From Macrostomum lignano (taxonomy: Eukaryota), in contig NIVC01001102.1 of assembly GCA_002269645.1 (NCBI GenBank), forward strand, positions 248,001-312,000: a stretch of DNA of 64,000 bases, read 5' to 3'. Shown here one piece after another: positions 23,431 to 34,900 of this stretch; position 1 is the stretch's first letter; each line of letters opens with the position of its first letter. Position numbers and translations under genes: made by a program. The notes under the pieces are model-generated. The model was not told the DNA's origin, ran no database searches, and worked only from the letters and a program-made list of their open reading frames with translations.

Positions 23431-26400
23431 GGTAATCAGTCAGACACATTGGTGATCAGTCAGACACATGGGCAATGAGACAGACACATGGGTGAACAGT
23501 CAGACACATGGGTGAACAGTCAGAGACATGGGTGAACAGTCAGACACATGGGTAAACAGTCAGACACATGGGTAAACAGTCAGAGACATGGGTAATCAGT
23601 CAGACACATGGGTGAACAGTCAGACACATGGGTGAACAGTCAGACACATGGGTGAACAGTCAGACACATGGGTGAACAGTCAGACACATGGGTGAACAGT
23701 CAGACACATGGGTGAACAGTCAGAGACATGGGTAATCAGTCAGACACATGGGTGAACAGTCAGACACATGGGTGAACAGTCAGACACATGGGTGAACAGT
23801 CAGACACATGGGTAAACAGTCAGAGACATGGGTAATCAGTCAGACACATGGGTGAACAGTCAGACACATGGGTAAACAGTCAGACACATGGGTAAACAGT
23901 CAGAGACATGGGTAATCAGTCAGACACATGGGTGAACAGTCAGAGACATGGGTAATCAGTCAGACACATGGGTGAATAGTCAGACACATGGGTAATCAGT
24001 CAGACACATGGGTAATCAGTCAGACACATGGGTGATCAGTCAGACACATTGGTGATCAGTCAGACACATGGGCAATGAGACAGACACATGGGTGAACAGT
24101 CAGACACATGGGTGAACAGTCAGAGACATGGGTAATCAGTCAGACACATGGGTGAACAGTCAGACACATGGGTGAACAGTCAGAGACATGGGTAATCAGT
24201 CAGACACATGGGTGAACAGTCAGACACATGGGTGAACAGTCAGACACATAGGTGAACAGTCAGAGACATGGGTAATCAGTCAGACACATGGGTGAACAGT
24301 CAGACACATGGGTAAACAGTCAGACACATGGGTAAACAGTCAGAGACATGGGTAATCAGTCAGACACATGGGTGAACAGTCAGACACATGGGTGAACAGT
24401 CAGAGACATGGGTAATCAGTCAGACACATGGGCAATGAGACAGACACATGGGTGAACAGTCAGACACATGGGCAATGAGACAGACACATGGGTGAACAGT
24501 CAGACACATGGGTGAACAGTCGACACATGGGTGAACAGTCAGACACATGGGTGAACAGTCAGACACATGGGTGAACAGTCAGACACATGGGTGAACAGTC
24601 AGACACATGGGTGAACAGTCAGACACATGGGTGAACAGTCAGACACATGGGTGAACAGTCAAACACATGGGCAATGAGACAGACACATGGGTGAACAGTC
24701 AGACGCATGGGCAATGAGACAGACACATGGGTGAACAGTCAGACACATGGGCAATGAGACAGACACATGGGTGAACAGTCAGACACATGGGCAATGAGAC
24801 AGACACATGGGTGAACAGTCAGACACATGGGTGAACAGTCAGAGACATGGGTAATCAGTCAGACACATGGGTGAACAGTCAGACACATGGGTGAACAGTC
24901 AGACACATGGGTGAACAGTCAGACACATGGGTGAACAGTCAGAGACATGGGTAATCAATCAGACACATGGGTGAACAGTCAGAGACATGGGTAATCAGTC
25001 AGACACATGGGTGAACAGTCAGACACATGGGTGAACAGTCAGACACATGTGTGAACAGTCAGACACATAGGTGAACAGTCAGAGACATGGGTAATCAATC
25101 AGACACATGGGTGAACAGTCAGAGACATGGGTAATCAGTCAGACACATTGGTGATCAGTCAGACACATGGGCAATGAGACAGACACATGGGTGAACAGTC
25201 AGACACATGGGCAATGAGACAGACACATGGGTGAACAGTCAGACACATGGGTGAACAGTCAGACACATGGGTGAACAGTCAGACACATGGGTGAACAGTC
25301 AGACACATGGGTGAACAGTCAGACACATGGGTAAACAGTCAGAGACATGGGTAATCAGTCAGACACATGGGTGAACAGTCAGACACATGGGTAAACAGTC
25401 AGACACATGGGTAAACAGTCAGAGACATGGGTAATCAGTCAGACACATGGGTGAACAGTCAGAGACATGGGTAATCAGTCAGACACATGGGTGAATAGTC
25501 AGACACATGGGTAATCAGTCAGACACATGGGTAATCAGTCAGACACATGGGTGATCAGTCAGACACATTGGTGATCAGTCAGACACATGGGCAATGAGAC
25601 AGACACATGGTGAACAGTCAAACATATGGGCAATGAGACAGACACATGGGTGAACAGTCAGACACATGGGTGAACAGTCGACACATGGGTGAACAGTCAG
25701 ACACATGGGTGAACAGTCAGACACATGGGTGAACAGTCAGACACATGGGTGAACAGTCAGACACATGGGTGAACAGTCAGACACATGGGTGAACAGTCAG
25801 ACACATGGGTGAACAGTCAGAGACATGGGTAATCAGTCAGACACATGGGTGAATAGTCAGACACATGGGTAATCAGTCAGACACATGGGTAATCAGTCAG
25901 ACACATGGGCAATGAGACAGACACATGGGTGAACAGTCAGACACATGGGCAATGAGACAGACACATGGGTGAACAGTCAGACACATGGGTAAACAGTCAG
26001 ACACATGGGTAAACAGTCAGAGACATGGGTAATCAGTCAGACACATGGGTGAACAGTCAGAGACATGGGTAATCAGTCAGACACATGGGTGATCAGTCAG
26101 ACACATGGGTAATCAGTCAGACACATGGGTAATCAGTCAGACACATGGGTGATCAGTCAGACACATTGGTGATCAGTCAGACACATGGGTGAACAGTCAG
26201 AGACATGGGTAATCAGTCAGACACATGGGTGAACAGTCAGACACATGGGTGAACAGTCAGACACATGGGTGAACAGTCAGAGACATGGGTAATCAGTAAG
26301 ACACATGGGTGAACAGTCAGACACATGGGTGAACAGTCAGACACATGGGTGAACAGTCAGAGACATGGGTAATCAGTCAGACACATGGGTGAACAGTCAG

Positions 26401-26977
26401 ACACATGGGTAAACAGTCAGACACATGGGTAAACAGTCAGAGACATGGGTAATCAGTCAGACACATGGGTGAACAGTCAAACACATGGGTGAACAGTCAG
26501 ACACATGGGTGAACAGTCAGACACATGGGCAATGAGACAGACACATGGGTGAACAGTCAGACACATGGGCAATGAGACAGACACATGGGTGAACAGTCAG
26601 ACACATGGGCAATGAGACAGACACATGGGTGAACAGTCAGACACATGGGCAATGAGACAGACACATGGGTGAACAGTCAGACACATGGGTGAACAGTCAG
26701 ACACATGGGTGAACAGTCAGACACATGGGCAATGAGACAGACACATGGGTGAACAGTCAGACACATGGGTGAACAGTCAGAAAAATGGGTAATCAGTCAG
26801 ACACATAGGTGAACAGTCAGACACATGGGTGAACAGTCAGACACATGGGTGAACAGTCAGACACATGGGTGAACAGTCAGACACATGGGTAATCAGTCAG
26901 ACACATGGATGAACAGTCAGACACATGGGTGAACAGTAAGACACATGGGTAATCAGTCAGACACATGGGTGAACAGT
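23431..26977. repeat. 20-bp satellite (CAGTCAGACACATGGGTGAA), about 177 units with a small set of variants
   Basis: Directly visible. Confidence 0.97.
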
Positions 26978-27538
26978 TTGAACATGACCAAAACCAAAAC
27001 CAATTTGAACCAAATGGGTAACTATACTTATTTCTTTATTTTATCGTCCACACTATATAAATTTGCAATTAGCAAATAAGCTTTAAACATTGAAGTATTA
27101 AAAAAACTGTTTACAAGAAACAGAACTAAACATTTTTGAGACTACAAAGCTGAACTTAATAAAATATAGGAATTTACTGAGTAACAAGAGGTGCTAACAA
27201 CATGTAGAAGACACATCGTCGTAAATATCACAAATGTCTTGATTCAAATTAACTCAATTATGAAGTAAGCTTTATAGGCCCGCGTACTCCCAGACATAAA
27301 AAAGGCTATCTCAAAATATCTTTATGTATTATTAATAAATCTAAATACGAGTACAAATCAGATTGTATTGAGCCTCTCCATTTTCCAAGTTGATCTCCCA
27401 AGTTTCAGTGAATTCAAAAGCATCAATGATTGTTGTCACTTTTTGTCAGTCTAAAAATTAAAACAAAAAATGAAACACGAGTGTATAATACATTTGAATT
27501 ATAAAAATTGAGATATGGAATCAAGCCTACGTTTGACA

Positions 27539-29748
27539 TTACTGGGACTGTAGTGCTTCCTCCTCTTCGTCATCTGACCAGTCTCTGAGGGCTGGACAAT
27601 CTTCGGTACCGACAACTTCGCAAAATATCATGAGGATATTCCGCGCGAAATTCACTTCACTAGAACGCCAGCCATCGCCCTCAGTTCTAAACACCTGAAG
27701 TTAAAATAAATAATTAAATAATTAAATTCCTAAACCTCCTGACGGATTAAATAAAGCTGGTTTAGAAGAACTGATTACCGGAAAAGGAAAATTTGTAGCG
27801 AGTAGAGCTGCTGATGCGAAATCTAGCACATGTAGAGCAGTGTCGGTGGGTAAACTACTTCTTCTGCAGTTTTTCAGAAATGTGGACAACACCTGAAACA
27901 GTTGCCAAATTTCTGTCTGCAGCGACCGCACTGCGCAGATCCGATCATGGCAGACCTCGATGCCGAGCGAGTCGCAGCGTTGCAGCAACTTCATCACCGC
28001 TGCTTTGCCTTCTTTCACGGACAGCGTCGAGTCTCCTTCCGGACACAGAACGCCGCCGAACTCTTCATCGCAAATCTGGTCACGTGACTCTCCTATCGGC
28101 ATTCCGACTTTGTAGTGAGCCATCATGGTCAGACACTTCTTCACTACCTCATGACAGCCCTCGAGCTCGCTGATTTTTTGGAGCACCCGTGCAAAGTCTT
28201 CAGGTGCCACAGGCTGACACTGACTCGGTGTAGCCTCTCTGTGCATCAGGGATTGAATCTCCCACACGATACCGAAGATCTCTTTACACTTGAAGTTCAT
28301 CTCGCCCTTGCTAAATTGCATCACGTCAGCAAAGTATATCAGAGGCTGAAGAGCAATGTGAAGATGAACAACTCTGACGCTGTTTTTGGTCAGACCGGCT
28401 TCAAAGACCTGAGCGATCTTCTGAATGTCATCGATCGCGGTTTTGGTCTCAGTAACGATTGACCTTTTGTCTGCGTGGTCCTTCTTCAGGTACACGACGG
28501 CATCGCGCAAGAAGAAGTGTCTCATGCACACGGCTTCGAGTCTTCGGTCTGCGGCAGCAGCTTGAGTTGGATCGCTCACCTCTTCGTTATCAAAGCTCTC
28601 CATCATAGCTACCAGCAACTCCAGCGACTGCTTCAACAGTGACAACAAGTTTTCTGGTCTCCAGTCTTCGACGGGCGTCTCGTCAAGCATGTAGAACAGC
28701 AGGTTCTTGGCCATGTACGTCTTCAGACCGCTCACTTTAGAGCTGATGTGTCTCTTGATGAAGAACTTGAGCAGCACAAACAACTGTCCTTGGACTGTGG
28801 TGAGGTTGTGCATGACGATTCTCTCCAACAGAGTAGTGCTCACCCTCATCCGACTGCCCTCTAGTCCGGGAGGCGACGCAGATACGGCATGACACCGCGG
28901 CACTTGGAGAACCTCGGTTCGGATGGCTTCCAAAGTCTGTGTCGAAATGTGGGACCTGTAGCCGGGCGACAGCAGCTCGATGCGGGGATAGCTGCAGCAG
29001 TGCCGAGCAGGAATAATGTCGATATCCGACAAGCGTAGGTCATCGCCCCCGAGAGGTAAGCTTGGCGTACTTTCTAAAATACGAGATTCACAGCGTACTA
29101 AATTGTAACTAGAAGCGGCTAGAAGCGTCGTAAAATTCCATCTACGAGCGTAATTCCCTTTCTTGGTGTCCCAGGAGACGCATGTCATGTGTTAAAATGC
29201 TGTAACTCAGTTTGACACATGACCTCTAACTGGGGACGCCGCTTTCCAATAGGTCAGGGTGCAGGTGAGGGCTCCCATGGATAGGCGCACAGCACCACAT
29301 TCTAAACACTCCCTCATCATCACTAAACCGTTTGTGTCATTGCAGGAAAGAATTATAATGATCGTTTCTTGGACCCACCTTTAGACTGATAAGACACGTG
29401 CCCGTCCTCGTAGTCAGCCACCATGCAGCCCTCCAAGCACTGACTCGTCTCCGAGGCACTGCAATCAGCTGTAATGTGAACCGAGTTCGACTTCAGCACG
29501 AATGTGATGTCAATATCCGAGTCTGAGTCGATGCTGCCGTCAATTTTGCTTAAGCAGCTGCCCCAGCCGTCGCAGAAGCTGCCGAACACGAATAAGGAAT
29601 CGTAGGACTTGAGCAGCAACCTCAGCAAGTCTTCAAGAGCCAAGGCTACTCCGCTCTGAGCTGCTGCATTTGAGGACTTGAAGCCCGCAGTCCTCATGGC
29701 AGCTGACAGGGCTCGGCTCTGGTCAGCAAATCGCTCTTCTCCTTCCAT
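27539..29748 (-). CDS. Mab-21/cGAS-like nucleotidyltransferase, copy 2; exons 29748-29379, 29073-27779, 27694-27539 (about 606 aa)
   Basis: Same GS/DID motif and Mab-21 lobe; third carboxylate region SDIDIIPA. Exon 1 is 370 nt, identical in length to copy 1. The terminal exon (ccg|gtaatc to ttcag|gtg, ending DWSDDEEEEALQSQ*) is less certain. Confidence 0.85.
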
Positions 29749-30407
29749 TTCAAAGTATGCCGCCAAAGTGACCGTTTTTTGAATGACTATTTATATAATA
29801 CGCCAACCCTCTTCACAGTGTAGCTTTAAAACGATTCAAATTCAGAGAGGTTTTACACTGAGCTGACTGTTAAAGATAACCTGTTCTCAAATAGACGGTA
29901 CTTTAATTTAGAAATTCTGCGAGGAGTCTTTACAATCGAGTGGAACAATAAAGAAATAGATAAAAAAATAAATTTAACCATTTAACGAATTAATGTACAG
30001 ACGGCTGTATCTTCTATTCATAATCTATCAGCGTTTTGAATAAATAGTTACTGGCACTTTTCACGTGTAGTTATTTTAAAATAGGTTTCTTTGATCGACA
30101 CACAGAGAAGATTAACAAAAGTATCCTTCTGCTAGAGTAGTAGAGATAGGTTAGAAAATTATTTTTTTAAATACTTACAAAATTAATAAGGTACATTTTT
30201 CTTTGAAATAAAATGTTTCTTTGACACTTTGCTGTACGAGTTAAATTACAGTACTAGAATGAAAATACTGCAAACTATATATTTTAACTATGTATAGCTA
30301 TAGCACTAGATAAAAGGCTTATGTCAAAATTAAAAAAAAATTAGCCAGATGAGCGTTCATTTTTCCCAAGCGATGGTTCACAAGCGCGCATTATTCGCAT
30401 CACTTAG

Positions 30408-31485
30408 CTAAGCCTTTTCGTGAGTGACATCGGAAATCACGGCTTCATCCGGGACATCCTCGTTGCTGGCTTGAGTGGCAAGTTTGTCCTGCAAGAAATT
30501 GAAAACATAGACAATTATAAGACCGTCATTTCTTGGCAGGCTCCTGAGAAATTCTAGTTTTTATTATGCAATATAAACATTAGCTGGAATCGAAACATAA
30601 CTACGGATGCATCAACTTACCCGGTACTGCAAAATCAAGCACAACGGGACATAGATGAAGAGAGTAACTGTTATTGTAATAAACACGATGTTGTTTGACG
30701 CGAATGAGCCTGCAATATATTGTATAAAATGAAATTTTTACTATTTTTACTGACTGGCTGACTTTAGTAAGAAGGCAACTGACTGACTGACTGACTGACT
30801 GACTGACTGACTGACTGACTGACTGACTGACTGACTGACTGACTGACTGACTGACTGACTGACTGACTGACTGACTGACTGACTGACTGACTGACCTCCG
30901 CTGTACGAGACGCTCAACCGCATGAGTCTAACACCGGTCTTTCCACTTGGCTTGTCCTCAGAGTCTCCAGTTACTCCTCGAACAATATCACCTGCCCCCG
31001 TAGACAATGACATCGAGCAGGTGCCTTTGTCTGTGCACCGGCGCCTGAACTCGCCGGTGCCCTGCCAGCGACACGGCCAATCAACGGGCAGGTTAACTCT
31101 ACCGCCGTGTAGTTCAAGCGGGTAGCAGCTCTGATCTGCCCCATTCTCGCGTCGACAGCAAAGCAAGCAGGAGTGCTGAGGCTCCGGGCAGGCGCATTCG
31201 AGGTTGGGATAGCAGGCCGACACGCAGACGCCGGTCAGGCATTTGCCGATGCCGCTGTTGCACACGGAGCCGTCGGGTGCCAGTGGCGACGGCGACGGGC
31301 AGTCGACTCTGGAGCCAGTGCAGCGGGACGGACCGCGGCAGGGCCGCAGGGGTGACTCTGGCAGGCAGATGGTGCCCTTGGAGGCGACCTGGGGCGGGGC
31401 AGCGGGGCTTGTGAGGCAGGGCAATAGACAATTGCAGATAGACAGACAAATAGACACAGACAGGCAGACAGACAGACAGACAGGC

Positions 31486-31576
<91 letters not shown>

Positions 31577-31611
31577 TAGACACAGACAGGCAGACAGACA
31601 GACAGACAGGC

Positions 31612-31664
<53 letters not shown>

Positions 31665-31689
31665 CACAGACAGACAGACAGACAGACAC

Positions 31690-31732
<43 letters not shown>

Positions 31733-31733
31733 C

Positions 31734-31772
<39 letters not shown>

Positions 31773-31773
31773 C

Positions 31774-31820
<47 letters not shown>

Positions 31821-31821
31821 C

Positions 31822-31860
<39 letters not shown>

Positions 31861-31897
31861 CACAGACAGACAGACAGACACACATACAGACAGACAC

Positions 31898-31928
<31 letters not shown>

Positions 31929-34900
31929 TACAGACAGACAGACATACAGACAGACAGACAGACAGACAGACACACAGACAGACAGACACACAGACAGACA
32001 GACAGACAGACAGACAGAAATGGAAAAAAGCAAGCGCAATAGAAACCTTGCAGTTGCTGCAGCAAGGCCAGTTTGCATCACTGCAAACGGCACCCGGTTT
32101 AAATTTGCAGTTGCCATGGCAACAGTGGTCGCCACTGATGCCCGCGTCGCATTCCTCGCCTGGGTCGAGTCGGTAATTGCCGCACATTACTGGACCAGTC
32201 TTTATCAGACAGTATTTCATCGCTTGCTGCAGAGTTTCATAAGGTTTGTCAGATCCCTGTTCAGCGGATTCCTCATGGGATTTCCATGACAGGGTGTTCA
32301 CCCCCATGATTCACAGAAAAGTAGTCTAGAGGGAGTTTCTTTCAGAATTGGGATTCTCTAATGACAAATTTAGTGCACCTCGAATCGCTAAAATATGAGA
32401 CTGGCATGGGATTCAGCAGACAAATGGATTCTTTAGGATTCCTTAAGTTGGATACTCCTCAGGATTCTCCACATGGGACTCTACTCATAATTGCCGAAGC
32501 AAGATTCTTCGCAGGATTCCCAAAGCCGAATTCTCCTCGGGATTCCCCAAGCCGGATTTTCCTTGGGATTCCCCAGCCGGATTGTCTTTGGGATTCCTTA
32601 AGCCGGATTCTCCTCAGGATTCTCCAAGCCGGATTCTCTTCGGGATTCCTTAAGCCGGATTCTCCTCGGGACTCCCCAAGCCGGATTCTCCTCGGGATTT
32701 CCCAAGCCGGATTCTCCTCGGGATTCCTCAAGCCGGATTGTCTTTGGGATTCCTTAAGCCGGATTCTCCTCAGGATTCCCCAAGCCGGATTCTCTTCGGT
32801 ATTCCTTAAGCCGGATTCTCCTCGGGATTCCCCAAGCCGGATTCTCCTCGGGATTTCCATCTCGGGGTTTCCCTATGGGGATTCTACTGGGGATTTCTCA
32901 AACGGGGTTCCCCTTGGGATTCCTTAGACAAAATCAGAGCACACGAATTCGTCCCACCTCAATAACTTCAGCCATGGCACTAATGCTGCAGGGTGAAAAT
33001 CTCTCATTATTCTTGTGAAATCCCTGAACCGCTTTTTCGTGCATTAGGAATTTGCCACCGTGGGCCGGATCTGGCGAGCACTTTAAATCTCCGAGCGGAT
33101 CGTGCATGCTGCCCATGTTGTGCCCAAATTCGTGCGCGGTCACCAACACAGCTTGACGGAATAGCAGAGGAAGACCGGAGGATTGGCTGTGGGAAGTCAG
33201 GCCGATATTGCCGTACAAGCACGGAGTGCCGACCCGGGCCAAGCCCAGCACGTTTCTTTGCATTGGTCTGAAAGAATTGTTAAAAAAATAATTATAGTAA
33301 TAAAAAAATAATAATTGATTACACCTGCTCCAATTGGGCCAGATGTGCAGCCGACAGCTCAGCCGCAGCTATTGCGCAGCGCATCTGAAGGCTGCGTACG
33401 GCTGTTCAGTCCATGGACTGGGGGATCGCCACACACATCCTCAATTACTCCAGCTAATGCTGGCACCCATTTAGCAGGAATCGAACCTACGGCCTTCTTG
33501 TCGTGAGTCCGACGCTCTATTCATGCTTTTAGGCTTCTAGGGAGGTAGACGTTATTTATTTTTCAGCATTTTTTTTCAGAAGATTTTCTGAATTTTCGAA
33601 ACGAAAAGCTTAATGAATATCAATAGAGCTATAAGAAAGGCAAGACATCTAAAGATGAACATTGGGTCTGCCTCCTATCGAGAGCAACAACAATTTTAAT
33701 ATGAAAAAAGTGAAAAGTTCCTATCTCCGTAGTGTAATTTTCGGCGAAAACCAGCCTCATTAACATATTCTAAGAAACGTACGTAGCATCTCGTGTTTCT
33801 AGCTGAGTAGTCCTTGGTCACAGCCTTCAATAACACGCATCATGCTCACGTGATGTCAGGGATATAAATCAGAGCCCGTTGTGAGCCCTGAGCAGCAGCC
33901 GTTCGCCCCACATTAAAATTTTTTGAGTGTTTTATTCTTCCTCTCTCAACTCTCGTGGTGACACGTCTTGATTTTAACCTTCTTTCTGACGCGTCTTGTC
34001 TGGACTGATCGTCCGTGACTGCAGCCGCCGCCGTGACCATCCGATAAGACCACCGCGCCAAGCAACCCTACCCGTCGGTCGCGTCTGTAAGCGATCTGCT
34101 AGCTGCGCTGCCCTAGGGTATCGTCAAAGCCCGATCTCCCCCATTGCTCACAATCTCCTAATCCTTCAATCTTAACTTATTCTGCTCAAATAGAACCCGG
34201 TCTGTTTGTGAGTAGTGTTACGACTCATGCTTATGCCCCGCGCTTCAACCCCATCTCTTTTCTATTGTTCAAAATCAGTCGTGCGCGTGGGGTTCACACC
34301 AAAATCGCACCATTTTCTCCGCTGCGCCCCAGCCAGTTTCACGTCCAATCACAGCGCAACTGACGGGTGACGTCATCAGGGCTGCTTGATAACGGAGGCC
34401 AAGGGCAGGTTATGGCCTTCAATACATGCATGCATCACGGCTATAAATAGGAGCCAGTTTTGAGTCCTTTTGAGTTGTGAGTAGTGAGTGCGCCTATTGC
34501 AGGGCAAGGAATAGAAGCTGAGGACCAGATTGGAAGATCACCGAGATTAGCCGAATTAAAAAAATGATTAACTATAGTGCAGTAACTGCACTTCTAAATA
34601 AGTCCCCATAGGATGTGCACCACGAGGGGAAGAGCTCTGGGACCTGCACTTCCCCATCCCCTGCCGCATCGAGCCCATCTAGGAGGAAAGAAATTAGAAT
34701 GGCGTTACGTATTATCTACGTTATCTATAAAATCTTTCACCAGCTAAAAGATCCCCCTATGCAAAGTCTTAGTTTCCAGCTCTGACGAGATTGTCCTTCG
34801 TATGCCTCGCATAGTCCCTTAATCGGCCTTTTCTAGTAATAATTATTATTAATTATTATAATAATTAATTCCGCTCCTACTTTACGGCTAATTACAGGTA

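Noticed and set aside
23431-26977. CRISPR-like array (constant core plus variable part)
   Set aside because: Variable parts are only 8-9 nt from about five recurring variants, there are no unique spacers or cas genes, and the context is eukaryotic. The same applies to the arrays at 2350, 6590 and 40185.
30747-32307. Long VCLS / TDRQ / SVSQ-containing ORFs as single proteins
   Set aside because: Tetranucleotide-repeat introns read through; only the flanking ADAM exons are coding.
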